DNA from: Azolla caroliniana
Lineage: Eukaryota; Plantae; Polypodiophyta
Length of the DNA: 64,000 bases
Direction of reading: 5' to 3'
Assembly: GCA_043228905.1 (NCBI GenBank)
Contig: JBHGNT010000008.1
Location: 15,872,001 to 15,936,000, forward strand
In this document: positions 1 to 11,461 of the stretch, one piece after another
Layout of the letters: each line of letters opens with the position of its first letter
Position numbering within the stretch: position 1 is the first letter of the stretch
Notes under the pieces: generated by a model
The model's input: the letters and a program-made list of their open reading frames with translations, nothing else
Told to the model about the DNA's origin: nothing
Database searches by the model: none
Program-made: the position numbers and the translations under genes

Positions 1-1514
1 GACCTCAGTTATCCGGTCGGGGTGATCAATCAATTCATGGCGCGACCTACCGAGGAGCACCTTCAGTGTGCGCAACGCGTACTGCGATACATAAGTGGCA
101 CTAAGGACCGAGGACTACTATATCGGACCGGTGCAGCCGCGCAGTTAGTTGGCTACACCGATGCTGATTGGGCTGGCAACGCCGCCGATCGCCGATCCAC
201 GTCTGGATACGCGTTCTCCCTCAGGAGTGCCGCGATCACATGGAGCAGTAAGAAGCAGCCGACAGTTGCACTGTCGAGCACCAAAGCTGAGTACTGAGGA
301 GCGGTTGCCGCAACATGCGAAGCCATATGGTTGAAGCGGCTACTTAAGGACCTGCACGTGGAGGTGTTAGATCCGACGACGATCTACTGCGACAACCTCA
401 GCAGCATCCAGCTCGCGAAGAACCCCGTTTTCCACGCACGGACCAAGCACATTGAGGTGCATTACCATTTCGTACGTGAGCGTGTCCTTTCCGGTGAAGT
501 CGAACTTCAGTACGTGCCGACGGATCGGCAGACTGCCGACATCTTCACAAAGCCGCTTGGTCTGGACAAGTTGCGGCAATTCTCAGGTGCGCTCGGGTTG
601 CGTCACCTCGATGTGCCATACTTGAGGGGGAGAACAGTCCCGAACGACCAAGCAAGGCAACAGGAAAGGAGCGGAGACCGCGACACCGAGTCCGAGTCGG
701 TTGACTCGGTTGTCGAGTTCGAGTTCGGATCGGCTGAAGAAGCCGAGGGGAGCAGCCGAAGGAGAGAGCCGATGCCAACCACGCATGGGGGAGATGATGC
801 AATCAAGGACGAGAAGACCGAAGACGAGTTGGAGACAACCAACTCGGACGAGAGCGAAAACCGATCGGAAGTAGCCGAGTCGGTTCGGATGTTTGATTCA
901 GACACGTTGAATCAACCGAGGCCCAAGCGGAAGAAAAGGCAGTAGAAGAAGTGTCGACACCGCAACAACAGAAGAGCTGATAAGGGTCACATGAGCAGAC
1001 AAGCCGACCGTAAGGGTCGAAGCGCGTAGAGTCGAACAGGTCGAGGAGCGCGAGCAAGGCGTGAAGCGAGGAGGAACCGGAGCTGTGAGCCCGAGGATCC
1101 CGAAGCGCCTTGAGTTGAGCTTGAGGGGGAGTGTTGAGAGACAACCTCAACATCGGCCGGATCGGCTGAAGAAGCCGAGGACCGGATCGGTTGGGACCGA
1201 TCGGTTAGGCTGAGTGCGTAAACCGGGAGGTCGTTAGGAAAGATATTCCGTGAGGAATATATTTGGGAGTTAGTGTAGGAGCTCTTGATGAGCATTGAAG
1301 CACTGTCAGTACTTCGGTCAGTCCTTCTAGGACTTGTATAAAAGTGTTCACTGAGCACGTCTTATGTACAGACTAAGTATTATTGTTGAATATAGTTCTT
1401 GTGTTCTCTCTCTGTCTCTCCCGCGTATACTGCGTAAGCTCAAGCTCCCCATTAAACCTGAGTTTTCTTCCTTCTGTTCGGTCTTATACTTGCTTCCGCA
1501 CGTTACTTTTTATA
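1..1514 (+). mobile_element. Ty1/Copia LTR retrotransposon (family A), 3' end: RT/RNase H, PPT and 3' LTR (~1132-1514)
   Basis: ORFs 22-297 and 331-945 carry YTDADWAG..RRSTSG, WSSKKQPTVALSS, YCDN and HARTKHIEVHYHFVRE, split by a stop at 295-297. PPT GAGCTTGAGGGGGAG is followed by TGTTGAGAG at 1132. The LTR end resembles the family end CTTCCGCACGTATTCTTTTACA seen at 40262 (-) and near 48370. Confidence 0.93.
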
Positions 1515-2599
1515 ATAAGTACATGAACATAAAACACAATCGAGGTATTGACCTCTTACTCACACAACACAAATCACATATCAAATACATGGCAATGGAG
1601 GTATTGACCACATATACATATGTAACATATGTGCGCTTTATAAAACCAAAGGATTACCACTACAACATAATTGAATCATTGAAATGATTACATAATGACA
1701 TAAACATGATTAGAATGGGAGAAGAAAGAATAGAAAAAAAATTAAGGGAAGTACCAAAGTTCCTTTGTTGATGCGTTTTTGGATCACGCTTGAATGAACG
1801 TCGATCAATCACCATCTAAAGTCAAAACACAACAAAAGAAACATTAGAAAAAATGTTGGGACATCAACTGTTAGAGCTTAATTCTAATGTAAACAAAAGA
1901 TAAAGAAATATAAGATAGGTATATAAAGAAGAGAGAGAAGGAAGGGTGCTGATCCACTTGACCACCCCCGAGAGAAGGGATCAAGACGGACTTGAGCCTC
2001 GATCGGCGTCTCATACCATCGCCTTGGCATCGAGTCATACCTAGTACTAGCGCACTTCCTACAAGAGTTTGATCACCACAAGCTCATAGTCTAGACGTAG
2101 TCAAATGATGTGTCTAATGAGGGTAGCTAGGCCTCATATTTATAGCCGGGCCTAAGGCCCCCAAGCAAGTTCACACTTGGCCCTTATGGGTTGTCCCAAT
2201 TCCTAGGATTAAAAGTAATCCTCCCTTCTTTACACTGTCATTTAACCCTCACACTTTATGGTCATGCCAGTAATACTCACCCTCTCAAAGTTTCACTTGT
2301 ATATCAAGTATGTTTGAGTTCAATCGCATGGTAAGGCTTGGTTTGATAAACCTACAAAATGTTCTCCCGAAGTGAAGTCACATAGGTAGATCATTGTCTT
2401 TAGGATAGTGCACACAAAGTTTCATTCACTTCTTGGATATGATTATATTTGGCGACAGGCAATTGCAATGCCTACTCTTTGTGGTTTGTGTTGGGGAATT
2501 GGCATTAGAGGAACCAAGGAAAGATTGGTTTATATGATGGTAAGAAATCAATACCAACACTGCACACCAATGACGTATATCATAAGGTGATTGAAGACA

Positions 2600-2830
2600 G
2601 AGGCCTGGCCGGTGATCAAAGTTTCTGGCAAATTACCCATTGTAGACAATCGTGGGCAACAAGTTCCAGATGTATGGTGGCATTCTAATCCTCTATATTC
2701 CGTGCGGAAATGTTTATTGGGGGGGGTTTGAAGAGTGATCGAGGAGGATGCGAGGCATATATTCGTGGCATGCCCAATGGCAAGGGCAATCTGGGTTGTT
2801 GTTATGTCCTATAACTTTGGGCATTCATTG
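2600..2830 (+). mobile_element. Degraded L1/LINE ORF2 fragment (zf-RVT-like)
   Basis: Translation gives EEDARHIFVACPMARAIW and an upstream SGKLP, matching the zf-RVT E..HLF..C...W pattern; frameshifted. Confidence 0.55.
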
Positions 2831-3033
2831 TTAACCATGGACATCTTTGGTGATTCACTATGAGAGGGTTTAGTCCTCTCTGTCTCTGTCTCTTGGTCTC
2901 TGTTTCTATTATCATTTTTGGAAGAATAGGATAGTCAGGCCTTCTGGTTCAATACAATGCATAACATACATTTGCACACACAGAAGAGAGAGAGAAAGAG
3001 AGATTGAATGATCCTTTCCTTCTTGTGGGCGAT

Positions 3034-4700
3034 ATGAGGATAGGTTTGCGTGCCTTGGGTCATGCCTTTTCACAGAGGAGCAGAGCAATCTCACACAATG
3101 CACCCAAGAGGCTCTCATCACCATCATCATCATCACCATGTTCTTCTTCTTCTTCCTCTCATGATGATGTGGAAACTGTCTTCTCCCATTTGGTGGCCAC
3201 CAAAGTATCAGAGGGACCTGTGAGAGATGCCCTGGTGGAGCTTAAGAGATCCCTAAATTCGGTCAAAGATTCCTGGCAAGAGATCGATACCGTCTTATCT
3301 CGCAATGCTTCTTCTATACTTCACCAACCTCGGCAATGGATTCTTCTGCTGGAGCTTCTCCGCTCGAGCGCCCGCCCTTCGCTTGCTATCAAGGTATACT
3401 TTTCTCATGATATATCACTCTGGTTTTATCCTCATATGTATACATACATATATGTATGTATAGGAAGAAGGTGCCCCGCATATCAAGTTATTTCATTTTA
3501 GTTTTGTTTACCTACAGCCTGAATAGGAAAAGCTAGAGTAATTTTGTAAATTTACTCAGAGTTTATGCTTTCCTTTCAATTTCTCTTTAGGCCTTCGAAT
3601 GGAAGAAGAAACAGAGTAATGTCACATTTCTGCCTGAAGAATATGCGCTGATTCTCCGGTTAGCTGGGAGAATGGGCAAGCTGCAAGTTGTCAAGGATTT
3701 GTACTCAGAAATGCAGGGTAGAGGTGTAGAGAAGACGATTGAAGTCGAGAACGCGTACATGTTTGCTCATGCATATGATACTCTGCATTGTGATTGTGAA
3801 GAAGCCTTGAAAGTCTTTGAACGCCTTAGAGAGAAGAGTAGTAATGATGTGAAGCCCGACATCGTGAGTTACAATGTAGCATTATCTTGCTATAGCAAGC
3901 TTAAGCACCTTCAGTTCCTCGAGAAGACGTTCAAAGATATGGTAGAAGAAGGGTATTCTCCCTCGGTGGAGACCTATAATTGCCTCATGTTGGCGTATCG
4001 GCGCCTTGGCATGTGGTGGAGGATGGAAGAGGTCTTTTGTATGATGAGAGACGCCTTGAAGAAGCCGAATGGCCTCACATTTAGCACTCTTATAAGGGGG
4101 TATGCCTCCGCAGGGTTGCTCGATCGGATGGAGAGTGTATATGGAGAGATGCTCAGACGGGGCATCCCGTTGCGGTCCAGTACCGCAGAAGCCATGGTTT
4201 CGGCTTATCGTAAAGTGAAAGAATTCTCCAAGATGGAGAATGTATTGTTTAGTATTAAGGCTAAGCGTTACCAATTGAGCATGAAGAAGTTAATGGTTCA
4301 GAGCCATGCCTCCAACAATCACATTCCTGAGATGGAGAGACTGGTTGATGAGGCAATCACGAATGCCGATGTTCCCTTTTCTCCTGATCTAGCATTGATT
4401 GTTCTTAAAACTTATTTCAAGAAATGTGAGCATGAGAAGCTTGAGAGTTTCATACAAAAGGCTGAATCATGTGGTTGGAATTTGAATCGTTCTATATATA
4501 ACACTTTGATCTATCTCTATGGCAAGGATTGCCAATATGACAAGATGGAAGGATATTTCGAAAGGTTGAGTGTTTCAAAATGCCAACCAAACTTGAGGAC
4601 GTTTCAAATCATGGTCAGATCATATAAAAAATCAAATCGAGACGATGCTGTTCAAAGTGTCTTATGTAGGATGAAAGCTGCTGGTTTTGATTGTTTATAG
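3034..4700 (+). CDS. P-class pentatricopeptide repeat protein, 489 aa, probably mitochondrial; join(3034..3393,3591..4700)
   Basis: ATG at 3034. Phase-0 GT-AG intron 3394-3590 (AAG|GTATAC...TTCTCTTTAG|GCC) joins exon 1 in frame to ORF 3672-4700. Tandem ~35-aa PPR motifs (PDIVSYNVAL, PSVETYNCLM, PNGLTFSTLI, RSIYNTLI, PNLRTFQIMV). Arg/Ser-rich, acid-poor N-terminus; no E/DYW tail. Confidence 0.9.
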
Positions 4701-5933
4701 AGAAGTGGAGTAATGCCTTCATAAGCTTTTCCACATTAACCGCTGAGCAGGATATTGTGCTTATATGCAAGGTTGGGGTTTCTTAATATGTAAAAACCAG
4801 AGGCATGTTCATCGACTTATGTAGCCAGAAAGAAAGAATCGATTAAAAAATTGGAGAGGCAAATTTGTCGAGATTTTATTGTATGCATTGAGGATAGATT
4901 GATTCAAAACAAACAGATATATGTACACAGTTTTATGTAGATGTGGAGCTTAATTGATCAAAAGTCAACCTGATTGTACATTCAGTGCCTGTCCTTCCAT
5001 GGCTTTATTGAAAATTTCCTCTTTTCATTTCCTCTTAATGTGCATGATGTATAGATGCAGGAGTCGGGGTATATGAATTTCTTTTATTCGTATTGTGAAA
5101 AAATGGATTTCGATGATGATTCCAATATGATGTGAATCTCATCCGAAATACGACCGACCATTGACTTCTGATGGGAAAACGGCAAGGTTGTGAACAGCTT
5201 CATATGATACCATTGATGCCCTCTATTATTGTGGTTTCCATTACAGCATTATTTACAAATAACTGGGTTTGGAAATTTTTATATGTGATGCCAGAATGGA
5301 GACCACAAGTTAAATAATACAATTGCTTTCTCAAGAAACCGAAAAAGTGAATCAATGTAATCTAAAATTGTCATCAAAAGGCAAACGGAAGTATTTGATA
5401 GATCTAGAAACTGAATAATGCTAGAACCATTATCAGTTAATTGAAATCTTGTGAAATTCTGACATGGTGTCAGCTAAAAGCTAGACACCTGTTGAGCTAT
5501 ATATATATATATTGCAATATACAGAGTCCATAACCACTGATCTTTCTAAAAATGGTTATGGGTGGTAAAGCTGTATATTAATATTTTCAGAATCTTGGTT
5601 GCCTTGTGTGAAGAAAGCTATAATATATCTGAAGTGAGTGACAAGATAAGAGTCCAAAACATTATTTTACTAGAATAAATACACAATTTGGCACTGGAAT
5701 GAAATATTCTAGGATATGGCACCTAAGGATCAAAGAGAAAAAACAACCAGTATCTATATAGATAGTTCAAGACCTATGACTCTGTCACACAAACTCAAGT
5801 TTCTTTAATTGGAGGGGAGGATCCTCCCCCCCTCACTCTCTATTTGACCATCCTCTCCTCCCCTCTCTATTTGACCTTCGAAGACAAAGACGAAGACGAA
5901 AATAGAGTGTATCTATCTATCTATCTATATAAC

Positions 5934-6554
5934 TAGCGATGGGCTTGGCTCAGTTTGGTTTCAGGCAGGTTTGGTTTCCTTGCCTTGAAACCAAACCGAA
6001 CTGAACCAAACCATTTATATAAAACAAACACCAAACCAAATCGTTTATGAACTTTTAAGTCATTAAACCAAACCATTTAAGAAAAGGTAAACCAAATTAT
6101 TTAAACCAAAACCGTTTAAGGAAAATTTGAAACCAAACTGAGCTATTTAATAAAAAGTTTAAACCTAACCATATTTAAGCCAAATTAATTACAAAATTAA
6201 ATAAATAAAATATATTAAATTAAATAAGCATTTATGTTAAAATAAATAGACAAATAAGTATGAATTAAGCCATTAGATTAAATAAACATTTAAGTTAAAT
6301 GAATTAAATCAATAAAAAACATTAATTAAACCATTAAATTACATAAAAAAGTTAGCCCAAAAACCTATAAACCTTTAAACCAAACCACTTAAACCTATAA
6401 ACCGATAATCCCCAATTTCAAAACCAAACTGAGCCATTTATTAATAATTAAAACCAAACCAAACCAAACCATTTAATTATTTTGGAACTTATAAACCTTT
6501 AAAACATGGCTTAACAGTTTGGTTCGGTTCAAGTTGAAATCGGGCCCATTGCTA
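5934..6554. mobile_element. Non-autonomous hAT-type DNA transposon (MITE), 621 bp
   Basis: TIRs TAGCGATGGGC ... GCCCATTGCTA. 8-bp TSD TATATAAC (5926-5933) / TATATAGC (6555-6562). AT-rich core with many subterminal AAACCAAACC/AAACCG motifs; no ORF. Confidence 0.8.
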
Positions 6555-7392
6555 TATATAGCATCATTTATGTATTCAAAGAAAATTATCTAGTGAGCAT
6601 TGACTAAATGTTTCCAAGTAGGGTATTATTGGGAAGTTTATTAAACATTAGATGTATAAAGAGCATTGATGAAACATAATTACAATCTAATTCAAGAAGA
6701 AAGAGTTGGGGTATTATAAGAAACTTTGTGAGAAATTAGGAGTATAGCAAGCACTGACCTAACATATCTACAATGTGTTTTAGAAAGAAGAGTTCGTGGA
6801 TTACTGGGATGTTCAACAATACAAGATGTCTCTTCCTATTCTGTTCTATTGTTTGGGATTGTATTCATAAATTGATTCCAACATAAGCATAAATTAACCG
6901 ATTATACTTTCCTATAGTTGTTTTTCAGCAAAACTATAGTCTTTTGAAATACAATCAATTGTCATTTTTAACCTGAACTTAAATTGATACAAAAAAACCT
7001 GATTCCATAACAAAGTAATCAAACAATACTTCTAACTGTTCAATATCAATCAAGTGTCGATTTAAATAACATAAATCAATAAAAGCTTTCTATAAATGAA
7101 GTGATTCCACACCTATATATATCAATCATGGCTTGCTCAATACCTGCAAGATGCACTATCGTTACACGTTATTACAAAAGCTACGCTGGTCTGCAATCAC
7201 AGGATCAATAGCAAAATGCCCCGCTTCCCCCACTAGTTCTGGAGAATAATTCAAACGACTTGACGACGATGGAAGACTACCTATCTCAATAAAAACTGGA
7301 TTCTCTGGATGGTTTATAAAATCCACAATGCGTCATTGATACTAAACCTCCTTTGTATCCCAATCATAGAATAAGTCCTTAAATCATTCTAG

Positions 7393-10300
7393 TTAACATT
7401 CACATGTTGATGTCCTTCGGGTTGGCGTTCCTGACACATCTATCGTTTCAGGAATGTATCTGAAATCCACATCAAATTTGTGAGGACAAATTTGAAAATT
7501 ATGATAAAAGACACAATAATCACTAGTAAGGTAAATTGATTGCTATTCTTTATCTACATACAGAAATTAATTCATAAGAGTATGAAAGAAAAAGCCTTGT
7601 GAAGCAAGAACTTCCACAACAAAGCATTTACTGAATATTATTCGATGAATAACATTTTATTCATAATATTAAAGAAAATATCTTATGAAGCAAACATCCT
7701 TTTGGCAAAGCATTCATTTAATGTTATTCTTCACTAAATTTTTATTATTAGAGTGGCACTTACATTTCTTCCTCTGTTTCATTTTTCAAAGCATTCTTTG
7801 CGATGCATTGGAAGGCTGCATCAACGTTCAGATCTTCCTTAGCAGAGGTCTCAAAATACGGAATGTTTCCCTTGCTTGCACACCATGCTTTTGCCTTCTT
7901 CTCAGAAACCTATTAAACATAAATGTAAATTAATAATTGAATTCAGAGTGAAAACATAGTCCCATGCATATCATTGGCAATGAGGATGAACGCGGACATA
8001 CCACTCTACTATTACCACTGTCTATATCCACTTTGTTTCCAAGCACCACGAAAGGGAAATTGTCAGGGTCGGAAGGATTTGCCTGAACACAGAACATAGT
8101 TCAATGAATGTAGTTATGCATAGTATATGGAGGGAATTGATAACAGAATGCATATATATACACACACACACATACATACTGCCTACATATTCAGAAACTA
8201 AACTTATAATTTGGGAGATCCCATATTAAATATGATTACACTTTGAATCATTTCACCCAATAGAAAATTTGAGCCTGAGATCATGTTTTGAAATTTTATA
8301 AACAAAGTGAGTGTTCCGATAATACTCACTCTTGCATGCACTAGCAGCGACGGTTTTATCCAGATATGGTTCCAAAATTTTAGAATAGGAATGCCAACAA
8401 AAATTAAAATACAACTTCTCAAGATAAAAGCTCCAAACAGAATGTCATGAAGTCAAGGGCAAAAGTCAACAGTTTGTCAAAGTTTACACACACATGAGAT
8501 CAGGGATGCAAAGCATAACAGTCTATGGTAAAGATAAATGAAAATTGACCTATTAGTACTTATATGCATATCTACAACTTACATACATATTCATGTATGC
8601 GGGGAAACACATATATACCTACACAGATGTCAACATGCCAAATTAACATTATTGCACACTATGCGGATGAGAATAGAAGATTGTACCAACAATCTCATTC
8701 ATGTACTACAAATGCATTATGCATTCAAATAGGGATAGTAATAACATCACAACAATATCACCAATAAACAGACAACGATGGATGTGGACATTTGATATGT
8801 AACCTGCAAAAGGAACTCTTGACGCCAATTCTCTAAATTGTCAAACGACTTCATTGCATTCACGTCATACACAAGAACACAACAATCTGCACCCCGGTAA
8901 AATGCAACTCCAAGGCTCTGAAACCTCTCTTGCCCCGCTGTGTCCCAGATCTGCATCATCCATCACTTTGTTCAAATGTCAAATCACTGAAAATCTAGCA
9001 TATAAGAGTGAAAATACCAAAGAAAGAGGATTTTTAACTATCCTCGTTATACATGACGCCATTTAAATTCCAAAATTACTGAAAATCTAGCTTAAAGTGA
9101 AAACATCAAAGAAAGAATATATCGTCCTAGATGTAAATGAGGTCAAGCATTATCCACCATTTTTCACTCAAAGTGGCCAAATCATTTAAATCCAGCTACA
9201 AAGCAAGAACATGAAAGAAACCAGAAAGAAACCAGAAAGATGTAAATCTCAATTAAATGATGTCAAGCATTATTCACCGTTTCATTAAAAGAAATCTGAA
9301 CCTAAATTCGAAGTGAAAACAATAACAGAAAGAAGATATAATCCCAGATAAGTAAATGAGCATAACCATCATCTGCTAAAAACTGTATCTCAATGTAAAT
9401 GAGGTCAAGCAACATTCACCATTTCATTAAAGGTTCAAAAATGGTTGAAACCTAATTTCAAAGTGAAAACATCAAAGAAAGAAATAATCCCAGACATATA
9501 GATGAGAATATGAACCATCCACCAAAAACTCAATAAAATCATCCTTATAAAAGTAGAAAAAATACCAAAGAAGATATAACAGTAGATATGAATGAAAGCC
9601 AACCTGCATTGTGACTAATCTATCTTCCACTTGAACTTCCTTGGTGAGAAAATCAGCACCAATTGTTGCTTTATATTGATTACTAAACTTCTTGTTGACA
9701 TATCTGGAGTGAAATGAATCAAGGAGGCCAATACTTTCTTCGCAAAAATCTGAGACTGCTTCAATACAGATTTGGAAAGGAAATCCAGCAACCATGTCTT
9801 GAAACTTTAAAAATAGCATAGTTTGGCAAATTTTAGGTTATTAAAGTACGAAAATCTGACGGTAAAAGATATAAAGACGCAAAATAGCACATAATGTCAA
9901 CAAAACTGAGTCTAATAAAAAACATGAAATGTGGAAAAAGAATGAAATGGAAAAGGAGCAAATAAAAATTGCACAGCTTTAATATATTATTACGTGATAT
10001 ATGATTTGAAGAAAGAATTTAAATAAAAACAGAGCCAATTAAGGATACTGATTCATCAAGGAGGTTTTCCCAACCCTGCAGAAAAATTGAAACATATCAG
10101 GAATCTAAAAAAATCAGCCTTTAACAAAGTGACAATACGAAACCTTAATCTATCATATCTTTTGATGTAACTATATAATTTACACCAAACCCCAGTTCAA
10201 CATGAATACATAGACTTTGATGCATTTAAATAAGGTAAAGCAAATAAAACCTACATTTACGTGAATTCATGAATTTCTAAAGCGATTCTAACAGAGAGCA

Positions 10301-10883
10301 AAACAACCCTAAATATTTGAAAGGAATGCAAGCATTGTTTTGAATTTATATAAATAAGCTACAGAAAAAGAAAATGTTGATTCGAAATGAACACATAGAT
10401 CGTGCAACAGAAGAAAGAAACAACTGGTAATCCTAGATTTGATATGAATCCATGAATTTGAGCAAAAGAAACCCTGGATTGAAATGAATACATAGGTCAA
10501 ACAAGAGGGGCAGGAATACTATTAATCCTAGATTTTATGAATCCATGCATTTTCAACCTGAGAAACTCTAGATTGGGAATGCATATATATATATATATAT
10601 ATATGGAAAGAAATCAAGAATTGATACGCCTCCATGGATTTAAGCAAGAAGGAAAAAAAACCCCAGATTTGAAATGATTACATAGGTCAAGCTACAGAAG
10701 GAGAAAAAGACTTAATGAATTATAGAATCTAAATGAATCCATGGATTCAAGCCAAAAAAAGAAAGCACTAGATTGGACAAGATCGATGATCGACGAGATA
10801 GGAAGAAAGAGGGGGAGGAAGAGATCTGACCCGCTGTCTCCGAGGATGATGACCTTGAGCAGGGTTCTTTTGCGAGTGGCCAT
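7393..10883 (-). CDS. RAB7: Rab7/RABG3 small GTPase, 206 aa; exons (-) 10883-10831, 10075-10049, 9703-9604, 8950-8804, 8082-8002, 7909-7764, 7459-7393
   Basis: Exons total 621 nt with all GT-AG junctions in frame: [71 protein letters not shown] and a C-terminal CEC (CXC prenylation) motif. Confidence 0.96.
9704..10048 (-). other. U12-type (minor spliceosome) GT-AG intron 2 of RAB7
   Basis: 5' splice site GTATCCTT. Branch-like TCCTTGAT at 9725-9718, with its A ~16 nt from the 3' CAG. Confidence 0.85.
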
Positions 10884-11461
10884 GGCGATCTCGAGGCGAG
10901 GCGAGGCGAGGCGAGGAAACACGAGATTGTGCAGGTCTGTCTTTCTCTCTCTCTCTCTCTCTCTTTTTCTGTCTGTCTTGCGTTCTTCGTTTATAAGAAA
11001 AGAGGCTCTCAGTTTTCCTTAATTACAGAGAATACCCCTGGCCCCAAATTTCACAAAATTTCATTCTCACAATGTGCAGTGTCACCATTTCTTCATATTT
11101 CCATGAGCCTATTGTTAAAAACACTCTCACTTAATAACTAATTCACACACTCTCGCATTTAATTAAGGGGCGAGACGACACTCTCGATATTTAATATACC
11201 TTTTCTTTTTAGTAACACTCTTTATTACTAGTGGGAAACCTCAAATGTGAGGTGAAAACCCTACATAGAATAAAGAGAAATTTCCATGTGTCGATTAGAC
11301 GCTAAAGAGCTTAGAAGCACTCAAAGTAAAGAGTGTGAATTTGCAGTGTGATGTCTCTAAGTTGCAAGACAATCAAATAGGGATTGCCTGAGGGATTGCT
11401 TAAAGAAGCTAACTTCATGTAGTTGGTTTCGATCAAAGACCTTATTATTGCAGGCCGTCCA

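Noticed and set aside
9472-9819. ORF-track proteins overlapping RAB7 (115 aa, 70 aa, 76 aa)
   Set aside because: Single exons read through into introns.
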